IMG/VR virus record: IMGVR_UViG_3300046542_000291
Span: 1 to 64,000 of that record
Strand: one strand, 5' to 3'
DNA: 64,000 nt
Below, piece after piece: positions 37,086 to 47,827 of the stretch. Made by a program: the position numbers and the translations under genes. The stretch's first letter is position 1. Every line of letters starts with the position of its first letter. The notes under the pieces were generated by a model, which did no database searches, had not been told where the DNA came from, and saw only the letters and a list, made by a program, of their open reading frames with translations.

Positions 37086-38033
37086 TTAATTGCCCTCGTA
37101 TTCGGCCATTACGCCTTTGGAAACGAGGTTGATGAAGTTGCGAATGTCGTTACCGCGGGACTGCTGCTCAACTCGCTCGGTGATTCGAGACTTACGGTAT
37201 GAGCGATCTGCGACTGCCGTGAAAATGATGGCAATGAAAGTCGGCAGGTGTTCGAGTGCAACGCCGATGTTTTCACGTGCGTTGTTACCGAACCACTGAC
37301 CAGCCAACAGGGCATGCAGGTCAGCATATTTCAGCTCGCCCATACGAATCGTACGGCCATGAGTGGAGAGGGCGTGCGCCAAGTCATTGACGTTTACCAA
37401 TGGACCCAAGTGGTCCGGAAGTTCGTGATCGATAACTTGTTGAACAAAGTCAACAGGTACACCGGTCACTTCAGCGATCTTGCGAGAGAACAAAACTCGA
37501 GCGTCCCCTGGCTGCTGCAACGACGGATCAAGCATCCCGTAGTAGTAGTAAGCACAGATGGTATACATGGCCATCTGGGATTCAGCACCCAGGCTATAGC
37601 GCTGGACCAGAGCACCTGCTACCCAGCTAAAGAAAACCTTTGCAGGAAGGTCGGTCAACCGACTGAAGAAACCCGCGTCCCCATCGACAAGCTTCATCGT
37701 CAGCGCGACGCGCAGGCACTGTTGCTGCCAATCGCTCGGGGCAATAATCCGGAAGCTACCAGTGCGTGCATCCATGTGCATGTATTGGCGTCCATCAACC
37801 ACCAGTCGAGGTTTTTGCTCGGTGCCAATGTTGAGGATCTGCCCGAAGTTAGGAACGTCCATATGTTCGTCGGATGGAGTAATCCAACCGGTGTCCTTCA
37901 GAATCTCCCCCAACGGGGTGGCGATCTTCGGAAGTGGCAACTCCAGATCAGCACGACGAATAGCACGGAGGTAACCCTCCACTTGCGATTTGTAGAGTTG
38001 GCCCTGGGTCGTATCGTAAGGCATGATGATCAT
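37086..38033 (-). CDS. virion structural protein (315 aa, phiKZ gp28-like)
   Basis: AGGAG SD; divergent from the sheath gene. Confidence 0.75.
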   Translation of the reverse strand: MIIMPYDTTQGQLYKSQVEGYLRAIRRADLELPLPKIATPLGEILKDTGWITPSDEHMDVPNFGQILNIGTEQKPRLVVDGRQYMHMDARTGSFRIIAPSDWQQQCLRVALTMKLVDGDAGFFSRLTDLPAKVFFSWVAGALVQRYSLGAESQMAMYTICAYYYYGMLDPSLQQPGDARVLFSRKIAEVTGVPVDFVQQVIDHELPDHLGPLVNVNDLAHALSTHGRTIRMGELKYADLHALLAGQWFGNNARENIGVALEHLPTFIAIIFTAVADRSYRKSRITERVEQQSRGNDIRNFINLVSKGVMAEYEGN

Positions 38034-38159
38034 ACCTGGTCTCCTTTATTAGGGTAAAAAATAACTTTCCTGGTCAACTATAGTTAATATCTATGATTGA
38101 CCGTTAGTTAACACTCATAACATCGAGTTCAAAGCTCCATACTTGGGAGAATCAAAAAG

Positions 38160-40244
38160 ATGTCTAACATCAACGGCGTCCCTAAAGTTACCTTTTACGG
38201 TATTCGGGATCTGAGTCGCCGGGCGTTTCAACGACCACCGGTCACGTTCGCCCAGCACACACCGCTGCTGCGTCTCTTCACCGAGACCGGCCCCGAGGAA
38301 ACAACTTATGTCGGTAACGAAGAAGGTGGCTTTGCTACCATCTACGGCCAGAACTCGTTGGCAACTCGCGGTAAGTGGTTCAACATGCAGTCGTTGCTTG
38401 CAACGCAACTGCTCAGCGAAGGCAACGGCTTCTACGTGAAGCGTCTGAAGCCAGAAGATGCTGGTAACTCCGGGCGCATCATTGTTGCCCTGGAAATGGT
38501 CCGTGACATGGTTTCTCAAACCATCGTAGCGTTGGGTGGCTTCAACTACCCTAACCTCGTGACCAACCTGGATGCATCCCCACTCGCGGCCGATGCAACC
38601 GTCGAAGGTTTCCGTGCTCGCGTCATCCTGATCAAAGACAACCAGTCCGAGATCGGTACCCAGCGCGTTCTGCCTGGCGAAATGGTCAGCTCGATCGATG
38701 GTAGCCAGTCTACTGTTTATCCGCTGTTCGAACTCAGCGCTGCGTTCTTCGGTGAACAAGGCAACCGTCTGGGTATGCGTATCTGGGCTCCGACTCAGCT
38801 CGACCCAGATGGCTACGATGAAGACACCGCAGAACGTTTCAAAACGCGTATGTACCGTGTCCAGTTCGTTGAGATGCCAGTTGTCGGCAACACCCCAGTA
38901 ATCGTCAAGACTGCTGCCGGTGAAGACTTCGCTAACGTCTCCTTCGATGAAGGCGTGTACAGCGAAAGCCTCAACCAGGACTACTCGATCGCTTCCACCC
39001 TGATCGACCGTTACAGTGATGACGGTGTTGAGTCGGGTGAAACCATCCTGCACTCGCCGTTCAGCGAGCTGTGGGTTTACAGCGAAAACATCGAGTTGGT
39101 TCAAGAACTGATCTTCGATGCCGAGCGTGCCATCAACCCTTCGATCGAAGCTTCGGTTACTGTGCCTACACAGATCGACTTCCTGACCATGTTGGGTGAA
39201 GACGGCGATCCGTACCAGTCCATTCAGTTGGAAGGTGCAATCGCTAACGGCGTGACCCTGGGCAAGAACTCCACCATCTACGCCTCTGGCGGCAAAGACG
39301 GTACCATGAACCTGGAAACCTACGCTAACCTCGTAGACATCCAGAACATGAACTTCGGCAAACTGGACGACCAGTACGAAGACATCGCCTACTACCAGTT
39401 CGGCGTGTTGTACGACACCGGTCTCCCTATGGAGTCGAAGTATCGTGCAATGCAGGTATTGGGTGCTCGTCAGGATCTGCAATACCACTTCACTACCTTT
39501 GTGGAAGGTGAAGAACGCATGGCCTCTCCTTCGGAAGAAGCATCGCGTTGCCAGGCTCTGATCTCGCGTCTGCAAGCCTACCCAGAATCGACTCTCTACG
39601 GTACCCCTGTGTGCCGCGGCATGATCGTTCTGCAATCCGGTAAGTTGGTTGGTGGTGGCTACAACAAGTTTGTACCACAACTGCTCGACGTTGCTGTGAA
39701 GTGGGCGAAGTACGCTGGTGCCGGTGACGGTATCCTGCGCGAAGGCTTCGAGATGGACGTCAGCCCGAACAACCGGGTAACGTTGATCAAGTCCCCGAAC
39801 GTCAAGTTCTTCAGTTCGCGTGTTCGTGGCCAGCTCTGGGCGAACGGTGCTACCTGGTCGCAAACGTACGACTACCGTAGCCAGTTCTACCCATGCTTCC
39901 GTTCGATCTACAAGGATGATACTTCGGTATTGCTCTCGCCGGTCACCGTAAGCATCTGCTGCGACATCATGCGTCTGATCCACCGTGTGTGGGCAGACTT
40001 CACAGGTAACGCCTTCCTGACGAAAGAGCAGATCGTTGCTCGGACCGATGAGCGCATCCTGGAACTGGTTCGTGAGCGTTACGGCGATCGCGTCGATGTC
40101 ATCCCTCGCTCGGAAATCACCGCGATGGACGAGAACAACGGTACCAGCTGGACGTGCAACGTAACTGTGGCGGCGAACAACCCTCACACTACGCTGAACT
40201 TCAACCTGACCACCATCCGTCGGGAAAACAACACCGAGGCTTAA
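38160..40244 (+). CDS. contractile tail sheath protein (694 aa, phiKZ gp29-like)
   Basis: Size, N-terminal ...GIRDLS.R...P...FAQHTP pattern, followed by the tube gene, upstream TATG. Confidence 0.88.
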   Translation: MSNINGVPKVTFYGIRDLSRRAFQRPPVTFAQHTPLLRLFTETGPEETTYVGNEEGGFATIYGQNSLATRGKWFNMQSLLATQLLSEGNGFYVKRLKPEDAGNSGRIIVALEMVRDMVSQTIVALGGFNYPNLVTNLDASPLAADATVEGFRARVILIKDNQSEIGTQRVLPGEMVSSIDGSQSTVYPLFELSAAFFGEQGNRLGMRIWAPTQLDPDGYDEDTAERFKTRMYRVQFVEMPVVGNTPVIVKTAAGEDFANVSFDEGVYSESLNQDYSIASTLIDRYSDDGVESGETILHSPFSELWVYSENIELVQELIFDAERAINPSIEASVTVPTQIDFLTMLGEDGDPYQSIQLEGAIANGVTLGKNSTIYASGGKDGTMNLETYANLVDIQNMNFGKLDDQYEDIAYYQFGVLYDTGLPMESKYRAMQVLGARQDLQYHFTTFVEGEERMASPSEEASRCQALISRLQAYPESTLYGTPVCRGMIVLQSGKLVGGGYNKFVPQLLDVAVKWAKYAGAGDGILREGFEMDVSPNNRVTLIKSPNVKFFSSRVRGQLWANGATWSQTYDYRSQFYPCFRSIYKDDTSVLLSPVTVSICCDIMRLIHRVWADFTGNAFLTKEQIVARTDERILELVRERYGDRVDVIPRSEITAMDENNGTSWTCNVTVAANNPHTTLNFNLTTIRRENNTEA

Positions 40245-40281
40245 GGGCCTTGGTGTCTCCCCCTTAAAGAGGTCATGACAA

Positions 40282-41151
40282 ATGGCAAAGAAATACGATA
40301 ACCCGTTCGCTCCACGTTCGGGCTATGGTGCCAACGCATCGGCTAACATGATCAACCTGGCGCAAGCTGGTACGGTCGTGATGGCTCCTGACTTGGCCAA
40401 CCTGGCGTCCAACACGCCTTACGTCAGTCGCAACCTGATCCCGATCCTGCTGGAAGCTCCGCGGTTCTTCCGCTATGCCAACAACAGCTCTGGCTTGATC
40501 AAGTCTCTGAAGGCTCTTATCGAGAAGCACGCGCGGACTATCGACGGTCTGACTCGTACCTTCAACGTTGAATACGCCGATGCTCCTGTCGGCGGTTCGG
40601 GTGAAGTCATCTCGGCGGTAACCAACGTAACGCGTGCTCCGTCGCGCCCATCGTTCGGTTGCTGGGAATTGCAAGGTCGTTCGATCCAGCACTTCCTGGA
40701 ATGGTGGATCACTTACGGCCTGGCCGATGAGAACACCAAAGTCCCTCGCATCGTGGCCGACGGCCTGGTGAAACCTGAACACTACAACCAAACCTTCGCG
40801 GGTGCAACTGTACTGTTCATCGAGCCAGACCCAACCTGGCAGGACGTTGTTTCGGCTTACCTCTGCACCAACATGCAGCCAACCACCACTGGTGATTGGT
40901 CGAGCCGTAAGGACGCTGCCCAGATCGGTCAGAACCTGGATCTCAACATCGAGTTCACCGCACTGACCGATACGTCGGCTGGTGTTAAGATGTACGCACG
41001 CGATGTACTGCGTTCGTTGAACATCGGTGGTCTGAACCCGAACGAGTCCAAACTGTGGACCGAAGGCATCAGTGCCGACGTGGCTGCAGCGAACATCGGT
41101 ATCAAAGACCAGCTGGAAAGCGGTGCTGCGAACCGTCAAGTCTTCGGTTAA
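40282..41151 (+). CDS. tail tube protein (289 aa, phiKZ gp30-like)
   Basis: GAGG SD, directly after the sheath; TIDGL, WITYG, EPDP motifs. Confidence 0.85.
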   Translation: MAKKYDNPFAPRSGYGANASANMINLAQAGTVVMAPDLANLASNTPYVSRNLIPILLEAPRFFRYANNSSGLIKSLKALIEKHARTIDGLTRTFNVEYADAPVGGSGEVISAVTNVTRAPSRPSFGCWELQGRSIQHFLEWWITYGLADENTKVPRIVADGLVKPEHYNQTFAGATVLFIEPDPTWQDVVSAYLCTNMQPTTTGDWSSRKDAAQIGQNLDLNIEFTALTDTSAGVKMYARDVLRSLNIGGLNPNESKLWTEGISADVAAANIGIKDQLESGAANRQVFG

Positions 41152-41161
41152 GGAATAAACC

Positions 41162-41374
41162 ATGGCCACTCCAGTTACTCCGACAGGCGTTAAGCCATCG
41201 GGCCAACCAGCAAAGACATTTGCTGATTTGGTTGATGTGGATGTATTCGCTGCCGATGGCGGCTTGTTTGGGGATCTGGGTGGTCTGGCTGCTGAACGCC
41301 AAGCTGTTAAAGATTCTCCCGAGTCCGCAAGCAAGTCTATCAGCAACTACTCTGAATACCAGACTGTCGCTTAA
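41162..41374 (+). CDS. small acidic protein (70 aa)
   Basis: AAGGA SD, precedes a terminator. Confidence 0.65.
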   Translation: MATPVTPTGVKPSGQPAKTFADLVDVDVFAADGGLFGDLGGLAAERQAVKDSPESASKSISNYSEYQTVA

Positions 41375-41375
41375 A

Positions 41376-41403
41376 CATATGGCCTCCTTCGGGAGGCTTT
41401 ATG
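41376..41403. terminator. hairpin terminator
   Basis: GCCTCC-TTCG-GGAGGC-TTTT. Confidence 0.8.
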
Positions 41404-41436
41404 CCGTATCCTGTGTAACGCACAGGAGCAATAACA

Positions 41437-41916
41437 ATGAGTTCGTTTACGCGGTTCAGTAATGACGGCGGTTTGGTCTTTGACTCGAATGCCAGTAAGA
41501 AGTTGGGGAAAACATATTACCGTGTATTGACGGGTTTCCGTTATTACATCGGACATGAAGGCTCCGACAAGTATGTTGATGTTCCTACTCGGTTCTTGAC
41601 CGACGGTGCATCCACTCCATGGTTCGTGTGGTGGGCAGTGCCTCCACTCGGCGAATACTCTCAAGCTACTACTTTGCACGACTACCTGTGCGAGCACTAT
41701 GAAATCACCCAGGTGATCAATGGTGTTCCAACTCAGGTGAAGATCGACCGTAAAGAAGTCGACCGTATCCTTTACGAAGCGATGCGTGTTCTGGAAGTAG
41801 CAGCCTGGAGACGTAATGTGATTCAAGTCGGGGTGGATGGGTACCGTATCCTTACCAACCCAACGAAGCCCAATGCCAGCCCATTGAAGTTGGCTTTGCA
41901 AGAATCACGTGTTTGA
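41437..41916 (+). CDS. DUF1353-family protein (159 aa)
   Basis: VP..FLTDGAS.P....W...P.G.Y..A..LHDYL signature. Confidence 0.8.
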   Translation: MSSFTRFSNDGGLVFDSNASKKLGKTYYRVLTGFRYYIGHEGSDKYVDVPTRFLTDGASTPWFVWWAVPPLGEYSQATTLHDYLCEHYEITQVINGVPTQVKIDRKEVDRILYEAMRVLEVAAWRRNVIQVGVDGYRILTNPTKPNASPLKLALQESRV

Positions 41917-41919
41917 CGG

Positions 41920-41953
41920 CATAAAGCCCCTCCCTTTCGGGGAGGGGTCTATG
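41920..41953. terminator. bidirectional hairpin terminator
   Basis: GCCCCTCCC-TTTC-GGGGAGGGGT between convergent genes. Confidence 0.75.
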
Positions 41954-42460
41954 TCAGTGTTTTACCCAGGTCGTGGTAGACCAGGCAATGTCGTCAAGGG
42001 TGTGGACCTTGTATTCCAGGGATCGCCAAACCTTTGGGTTATGGAGAGGACGGAAGTACGTATCCGCTTCTGGGAACTTACCGTGGATATTGGTGATGTA
42101 ATGCACATCACACTGCTCGGCATATTCGTTGAACAGACGGGAGCCACCAATGATGAACAACTTCTTGGCTTCGATGTCCTTCGCCCATTGAATCGCCTCT
42201 TCCACCGATTTCACCACCAACGCATTCGGGTGGTCAATTGGAGTCGAGCTCAGTACCAGGCATTTACGACCAGGTAGTTTCGATGGAGGCAAGGATTCCC
42301 AGGTCAGTCGACCCATCACGCATGGGTGACCTACGTTGTCTACGCCCATGGTCAGTTCCTTGAAGTGCTTCAGGTCTCCCTTCACACTCCAGGGCAACTT
42401 GTTCCCTTGACCGATCTCACCGTTATCGCCAATGGCCACGATCAGACAAAGCTTAATCAT
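41954..42460 (-). CDS. folA: dihydrofolate reductase
   Basis: IVAI..NG.IG..NKLPW...DLKHFK..T, MGR.TWESLP...LPGR, IIGG motifs. Confidence 0.95.
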   Translation of the reverse strand: MIKLCLIVAIGDNGEIGQGNKLPWSVKGDLKHFKELTMGVDNVGHPCVMGRLTWESLPPSKLPGRKCLVLSSTPIDHPNALVVKSVEEAIQWAKDIEAKKLFIIGGSRLFNEYAEQCDVHYITNIHGKFPEADTYFRPLHNPKVWRSLEYKVHTLDDIAWSTTTWVKH

Positions 42461-43172
42461 TGGTAGACCCCGGCAGTGTCCCTGCATAACCATCGTTGAT
42501 GTGAGGAACAGGTGCTTCCTCTACCGGTGGTACAACTGGAGCAGCCGACTGAACGATGTCAGTTGGCGATGGGATCGTTTTGAACTCTGCCCCGTCAGCA
42601 CCATCCCGGAAGATGAACGACGCGCCGTAGTGACCCTTCAGAGGAGCCAGAGCTTCACGGTTCGCTGCCAGGCAGTTGACCAAAGCCAGTTCACCATACA
42701 AACCAACGTCCATGATTAGGCGTTCGAACGTTTTGGTTGGGGCAATGATGTCGACATCGTAATCGGGATGACCCTTTACGCTGGCCTTGTGGGAATAGGT
42801 GCCCTTGATGGACAACGAACTGGCTACGTGGTCGAACAACAATTCATACGTCGTGACCAAGTAGTTCTTCGGTGGCAGCATGTCCACCAGTTGACTGTAC
42901 GAGTTGATCAGGAACTGCAGTGGATTGCTAGCGCCCAGGAAATGGCTCGAGCCATTAACGATACCAGACCAGAGGTTCAGTTGATCAACCGTGATGTGGT
43001 GTACACCGGATTTACCCAGGATACCCACCATGTTCGACATGTACTCTTCACCATCTTGCACAACCAGCATCCCTTCGAGGATGTCGGTGAAGATGTAGTT
43101 CAAATCGATATCGCCATCCGTTGGAATGGTTTCATCGGGCGCAGGGGACAACAAGGATCGTGGATCAGTCAT
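42453..43172 (-). CDS. hypothetical protein
   Basis: Start MTDPRS with GGAAAG SD. Confidence 0.7.
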   Translation of the reverse strand: MTDPRSLLSPAPDETIPTDGDIDLNYIFTDILEGMLVVQDGEEYMSNMVGILGKSGVHHITVDQLNLWSGIVNGSSHFLGASNPLQFLINSYSQLVDMLPPKNYLVTTYELLFDHVASSLSIKGTYSHKASVKGHPDYDVDIIAPTKTFERLIMDVGLYGELALVNCLAANREALAPLKGHYGASFIFRDGADGAEFKTIPSPTDIVQSAAPVVPPVEEAPVPHINDGYAGTLPGSTND

Positions 43173-43185
43173 GGATCTTTCCAAT

Positions 43186-43581
43186 TCAGTATTGAGTGGT
43201 CAAGCCATCGCCTTTAACCGGCGCAGCTACAGGAGGGACATAAGGAACGAATCGTTCGGCGAACTCATCTGGTCGCATGATCTGAATGAACAAGATCTTC
43301 TTCAGGTCAGGGGTGCGATAGAAACGTAGAATATCCTTCGGGTGGACAATCTGGATCGATCCCTTCACCTGAGCGAACTGCTTCATGTAACCGTGATCTT
43401 TGAGGGGATAGTCACAGGAAGGGCAAGTCAACTCCAGACGATCTTTATCTACCAGATTAGACAGCCGACCAACGACTTCACCTTCGTTGATGTTGTTGAT
43501 AACGCCGTCATGTGGACAGTCGCCATTTTTGTTCCAGACGTAAGCCTCGATGAGTTCGGGCTTAGGCATGTAATAGCCCAT
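43186..43581 (-). CDS. hypothetical protein with CxxC...H (possible Zn site)
   Basis: AGGAG SD; LTCPSCDYPLKDHG. Confidence 0.65.
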   Translation of the reverse strand: MGYYMPKPELIEAYVWNKNGDCPHDGVINNINEGEVVGRLSNLVDKDRLELTCPSCDYPLKDHGYMKQFAQVKGSIQIVHPKDILRFYRTPDLKKILFIQIMRPDEFAERFVPYVPPVAAPVKGDGLTTQY

Positions 43582-43607
43582 TGGAATGCTCCTAGTGGTT
43601 GTATAGC

Positions 43608-43973
43608 TTAATCGGGTTGAGTAGATGTTTCCTCTGTACGACAGCAATCCAACAACCAGAATTGTGCACCGTCCGCATCCGCATAGATACCGTACGAAGA
43701 GACAGCCAACATTGGCCCAGGTTCAATTGATGTAAATAAGGAAGCGATCACCGCGATGGCATCTCGCTTGTGATAATCGATCGCGTATGTATATTGCCCA
43801 ACGCTCTCGCCTTCCTTGTACAACTTGACAACGGCTGTATGCTTTGTTACCCGGTCAGTTGTAATGTTGATTTCTGCTGCATCGTAGGTGTCATCGCTCA
43901 TCAACAGGGTGAGGTTAGGTTCGAGTGTAGCCATTACTCCAATGAGTAACAGCTTAGCGTTCTTGATTTGCAT
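43608..43973 (-). CDS. hypothetical protein (121 aa)
   Basis: AGGAG SD. Confidence 0.65.
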   Translation of the reverse strand: MQIKNAKLLLIGVMATLEPNLTLLMSDDTYDAAEINITTDRVTKHTAVVKLYKEGESVGQYTYAIDYHKRDAIAVIASLFTSIEPGPMLAVSSYGIYADADGAQFWLLDCCRTEETSTQPD

Positions 43974-44159
43974 TGGAGAGCTCCTGTAAAGCGTTTAAAA
44001 GAAGGATAAGGAAGAGAGCGAAGGGTTTACCAGGGTCTACCTAGAAGAGCCTCTAATGATGCTATAAAGCAAAATAAAAGCCTCCCTCCTTTGCTCTTAG
44101 TCGTCTGTAAACATACTATGCTAAGGGAGGTAAAATCTTCCCACAAACAAATGGTTCGT

Positions 44160-44186
44160 AAAAATACTGAGTTGATTAAGAGTATG
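44160..44186 (+). promoter_or_regulatory. AAAAATAC...AGAGTATG promoter-like element upstream of nrdA
   Basis: Shares AAAATAC and AGTAT with the motif at 49148 and 53437. Confidence 0.4.
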
Positions 44187-44239
44187 TTATCAACCTTATT
44201 TTTGCAAATTGCACATTACTGAATTCACGGTGTAAAGAC

Positions 44240-46525
44240 ATGATCGAAACGATTATCAAGTTGGACGGAACCGAAGAACCTTACTCCGCTCACAAGCTGA
44301 ACGGTTGGGGTGAGTGGATGGCTAAGAACCTCTACGATCTCGATTGGGGTTCCGTCGTTATGGAGGTCGTGTCTGAACTCCCTGCAAAAGTACCGTCTCA
44401 GGTACTGCAACAAGCTTTGATCGACCGCTTGCTGGACATGCGGACCTGGTCAGCCTACGTGGCTGCTGGTCGTCTGTACTCCGTGCTGGTTCGCAAGAAG
44501 ATGTATGGCCTGGACGGGATTCCAACGGTCAAAGCACTTCAAGCCCGAATGCGTAAAGACAAGGTCATCGTTAAGATGGCGTACTCGACTGCCGAGTACA
44601 ACCAGATCGAGAAGATGATCAATCATGATCTCGACATGGATACTCCACACTTCGCATTGCACCACCTTCGTCAGAAGTATGCAATTAAGAACCGTGTGAC
44701 GAACAAGGAGTACGAAACTCCTCAGTTCACTTACATGCGTATGGCCATGGCACTTGCTGAAAACGAGCCTGCCGAAACCCGCATGGAACACCTGCGTAAT
44801 TATTACGAGTTGCTGTCGCAACGACAACTCTCCGCACCAACCCCGAACTACGTCAACCTGGGCACTGTGCTGAAAGGCTTCGCCTCGTGCTGCCTGTTCG
44901 CGTCTGGCGACAATGGCGCATCGATCTCCATCGGTGTACACATCGCCGACATGATGACCCAGAACGCCGCCGGTATCGGCATGAACCTGCTGACTCGTTC
45001 CGTAGGTGATGCTGTCCGTAACGGCCTGATCGTTCACCAAGGTAAGTTGCCATACATCGCAAACCTCGGTAAAGCAGTTCGTTCGAACCTGCAGAACGGT
45101 CGTGGTGGTGCAATCTCGCTGTACTACAATGGCTTCGATCCAGAAGTGGAAGTCATCTCGCAACTGCGTAACCCACGTTCGGTAGCTGCCAAACAGAACC
45201 GTGACCTGCACTACGCACTGCTGACCAACACCTTGTTCGTTTACAAGGCTGCTCAGAAAGAAAACGTTTTCCTCTGGAACATCAAGACTGCACCCGATCT
45301 CCACGAAGCGTTCTACGGCAAAGACACCAAGAAGTTCATCGAACTGTACACGAAGTATGAGAAGGACGATTCCTTCAAGAAGACTTACGTATCGGCTCGC
45401 AAGATTCTGTTGACTGCCCTGACTGAAGCGTACGAGACTGGCACCGCCTATTGGGCGAATGCCACTGAGATGAACCGCCACACTGCGTTCCTGGAAGCAA
45501 TCCTGTCCTCGAACCTGTGTGTTGAGATCACTCAGCCTACTGCTCCGTACTACAGCATGCAAGACCTGTACTCCACTGAAGACCACGGTCGCGGTGAGAT
45601 CTCGACTTGTTCGCTGGCAGCAATCGTTGTGAACAACATTCACGACACCCCGACGTACAAGAAAGCGTCCTACTACGCTCTCAAGATGATCGACTACTGC
45701 ATCAACCACTCCAACTACCCGTTCCCACACTTGGCTCTGACTGCCAAAGCACGGATGAACGCTGGCGTTGGCATCATGGGTCTGGCTACCCACATGGCTC
45801 AGGCGGGTCTGCCTTACAGCTCTGACGCCGGTAAGCATGAGATGCACTTCGTTGCTGAACGTCACGCTTACTGCATGATTGAAGCCTCGCTTCTGATCTC
45901 GCAAGAGCGCGGTGTGGCCAAGTGGATTCACAAGACCAAGTGGCCGAAAGGTTGGTTGCCGATCGACACGTACAACCGTAACGTCGACAACATCGTTGAA
46001 GGTGGTTTCGACTACCTGTTCCCGTGGGAGAAGCTGCGTGCTCGCGTCATCGAGAATGGTGGCATCGGTCACAGTGCACTGATTGCCTACATGCCTGGCG
46101 AAGCCTCTTCGAAGGCTCTGGGTGGTGCAAACAGTATCTACCCTGTACGTCGTAAGGTCCTGACCAAAACCGACAACAACATCACCGTACACTGGGCTGC
46201 ACCGTTCAGCGATGATCCGGCTTACAAGTACGAAATGGCGTGGGACATCAAGACCAAGGACATGATCGATATGTATGCGATCTTCCAGAAGTTTACTGAC
46301 CAATCCATCTCGGCAGACTTGTTCCGTCGTATCGTCGGCAAGGAGAAGATCAGCTCGAACGAAATGCTGAACGACTTCTTCTACATGAACACCATGGGCA
46401 TGAAGACTCGGTACTACCAAAATACCGAGACCACAGCGAACCTCTCGCTGGAAGCTCTGGAATCCGCCTTCGGCAACACTGACGGCGCTGCCGCTGGTTG
46501 TGGCTCTGGCGGTTGCACCCTCTAA
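44240..46525 (+). CDS. nrdA: ribonucleotide reductase class Ia alpha subunit (761 aa)
   Basis: ATP-cone-like N-terminus, FASCC, SSNLCVEI, TCSLAA, KTRYYQN, C-terminal GCGSGGCTL. Confidence 0.95.
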   Translation: MIETIIKLDGTEEPYSAHKLNGWGEWMAKNLYDLDWGSVVMEVVSELPAKVPSQVLQQALIDRLLDMRTWSAYVAAGRLYSVLVRKKMYGLDGIPTVKALQARMRKDKVIVKMAYSTAEYNQIEKMINHDLDMDTPHFALHHLRQKYAIKNRVTNKEYETPQFTYMRMAMALAENEPAETRMEHLRNYYELLSQRQLSAPTPNYVNLGTVLKGFASCCLFASGDNGASISIGVHIADMMTQNAAGIGMNLLTRSVGDAVRNGLIVHQGKLPYIANLGKAVRSNLQNGRGGAISLYYNGFDPEVEVISQLRNPRSVAAKQNRDLHYALLTNTLFVYKAAQKENVFLWNIKTAPDLHEAFYGKDTKKFIELYTKYEKDDSFKKTYVSARKILLTALTEAYETGTAYWANATEMNRHTAFLEAILSSNLCVEITQPTAPYYSMQDLYSTEDHGRGEISTCSLAAIVVNNIHDTPTYKKASYYALKMIDYCINHSNYPFPHLALTAKARMNAGVGIMGLATHMAQAGLPYSSDAGKHEMHFVAERHAYCMIEASLLISQERGVAKWIHKTKWPKGWLPIDTYNRNVDNIVEGGFDYLFPWEKLRARVIENGGIGHSALIAYMPGEASSKALGGANSIYPVRRKVLTKTDNNITVHWAAPFSDDPAYKYEMAWDIKTKDMIDMYAIFQKFTDQSISADLFRRIVGKEKISSNEMLNDFFYMNTMGMKTRYYQNTETTANLSLEALESAFGNTDGAAAGCGSGGCTL

Positions 46526-46578
46526 AGAAATCACGGGTAGTCTTCGGGCTACCCTTCTACCCCAATCAGGACTTTCCA

Positions 46579-47739
46579 ATGACAGTTGCACTTCCAACCA
46601 AGATCTTCAACCTCGAGAAAAGCGATTACGGCAACATGAGCATCATCCTGGGCGAAGACCCGGGTCTGCTCGATTCGGTGAACAACAACCACCCGGAGCT
46701 GTACGACCTGTACAAGACTCTCCGTAACCTGGACTGGGATGAACAGGAGTTTGACTTCTCGACGTGCCTGACTGAGTTCAAGACGTGTGAGCCGACCTAC
46801 TACGACATGATGGTCAAGACGTTGGCATGGCAATGGGAAGCCGACTCGGTTGCCTCGCGTTCCATTGTTAACGTACTGTCCAACGTGGTAACTGATTCCC
46901 GTGTCTGGGCCGGTTACGTTCGTATTAACGATAACGAAGACGTGCATGCTTTGACGTACTCGGAAATCGTTCGTAACTCCTTCGACGATCCGTCGGAGAT
47001 CATGGGTGAAATCCTGGCGGTAGAACAAGCACACTCGCGTATGGCGTGCGTTGCTCGGGTAATGGGCAAAGCTCACGAGACCTCGCACAAGTATGCGTTG
47101 GGTCAAGTCGAGAACAACCAGGAAACCTACAACGACATCTTCATGTTCCTGGTAGCTCTGTACTTCCTCGAGCGTATCCAGTTCATGGCGTCGTTCGCTA
47201 TCACCTTCGCCCTGGGTAAGCTGGGTCTGTTCCAACCGATCTGCATGGCCGTCCAGAAAATCATGCAAGACGAATTCGAGATCCATGCTCAATTCGGTCA
47301 AGGTGTGTTGAAGGCAGAACTGCGTACCGAACGTGGTCGCCTGGCTTACGAACAGTGCTTCCCGCAAATGCAGGAACTGTTCTGGGAAATCCTGAAGTCG
47401 GAAATCACCTGGGCCGGTTATCTGTTCTCGGAAGGTCGTGAACTGACTGGCGTTACCAAGAACAAGCTGATCCAGTGGATCATGTTCAACGGTCGTGCTG
47501 CCGGCGGCTTCCTGGGTCTCAATGAAACCTTCCTGGAAAACAACGGGGAAGAGTTCTTCGAGATGACCGGCATGGAACTCACCTTGCCTGAGGTGAATCC
47601 ACTCGGTTACATGAACAAGTACATCGACATCTCCGACACCCAAGTCAGCAACCAAGAACAGGATGGTAACCAATACAAGGTGAACATCCTGGACATGCTG
47701 AACGAAGAAGAAAAGTTCACGTTCGAACTCCAGCTGTAA
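46579..47739 (+). CDS. nrdB: ribonucleotide reductase class Ia beta subunit (386 aa)
   Basis: WEADS, EDVHALTY (radical Tyr), LERIQF, DEFEIH; C-terminal QEQ...NQY; start MTVALP. Confidence 0.93.
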   Translation: MTVALPTKIFNLEKSDYGNMSIILGEDPGLLDSVNNNHPELYDLYKTLRNLDWDEQEFDFSTCLTEFKTCEPTYYDMMVKTLAWQWEADSVASRSIVNVLSNVVTDSRVWAGYVRINDNEDVHALTYSEIVRNSFDDPSEIMGEILAVEQAHSRMACVARVMGKAHETSHKYALGQVENNQETYNDIFMFLVALYFLERIQFMASFAITFALGKLGLFQPICMAVQKIMQDEFEIHAQFGQGVLKAELRTERGRLAYEQCFPQMQELFWEILKSEITWAGYLFSEGRELTGVTKNKLIQWIMFNGRAAGGFLGLNETFLENNGEEFFEMTGMELTLPEVNPLGYMNKYIDISDTQVSNQEQDGNQYKVNILDMLNEEEKFTFELQL

Positions 47740-47742
47740 CCT

Positions 47743-47775
47743 CATAAACGGAGTCCCTTCGGGGGCTCCTTTATG
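47743..47775. terminator. terminator after nrdB
   Basis: GGAGTCCC-TTCG-GGGGCTCC with CATA/TTTATG flanks. Confidence 0.75.
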
Positions 47776-47827
47776 TTTGCTATTTTATATAACCATCTTT
47801 ACATTCACCCACCAAACGAGGCAGCAC

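Noticed and set aside
38115-47745. Long antisense ORFs (38115..40187, 40273..41346, 44450..46597, 46549..47745; also 32860..34386, 34359..35504, 26873..28036, 28160..29215)
   Set aside because: They mirror highly biased genes (sheath, tube, nrdA, nrdB and others), where avoidance of TTA/CTA/TCA codons removes antisense stops. They have no SD and no protein motifs.
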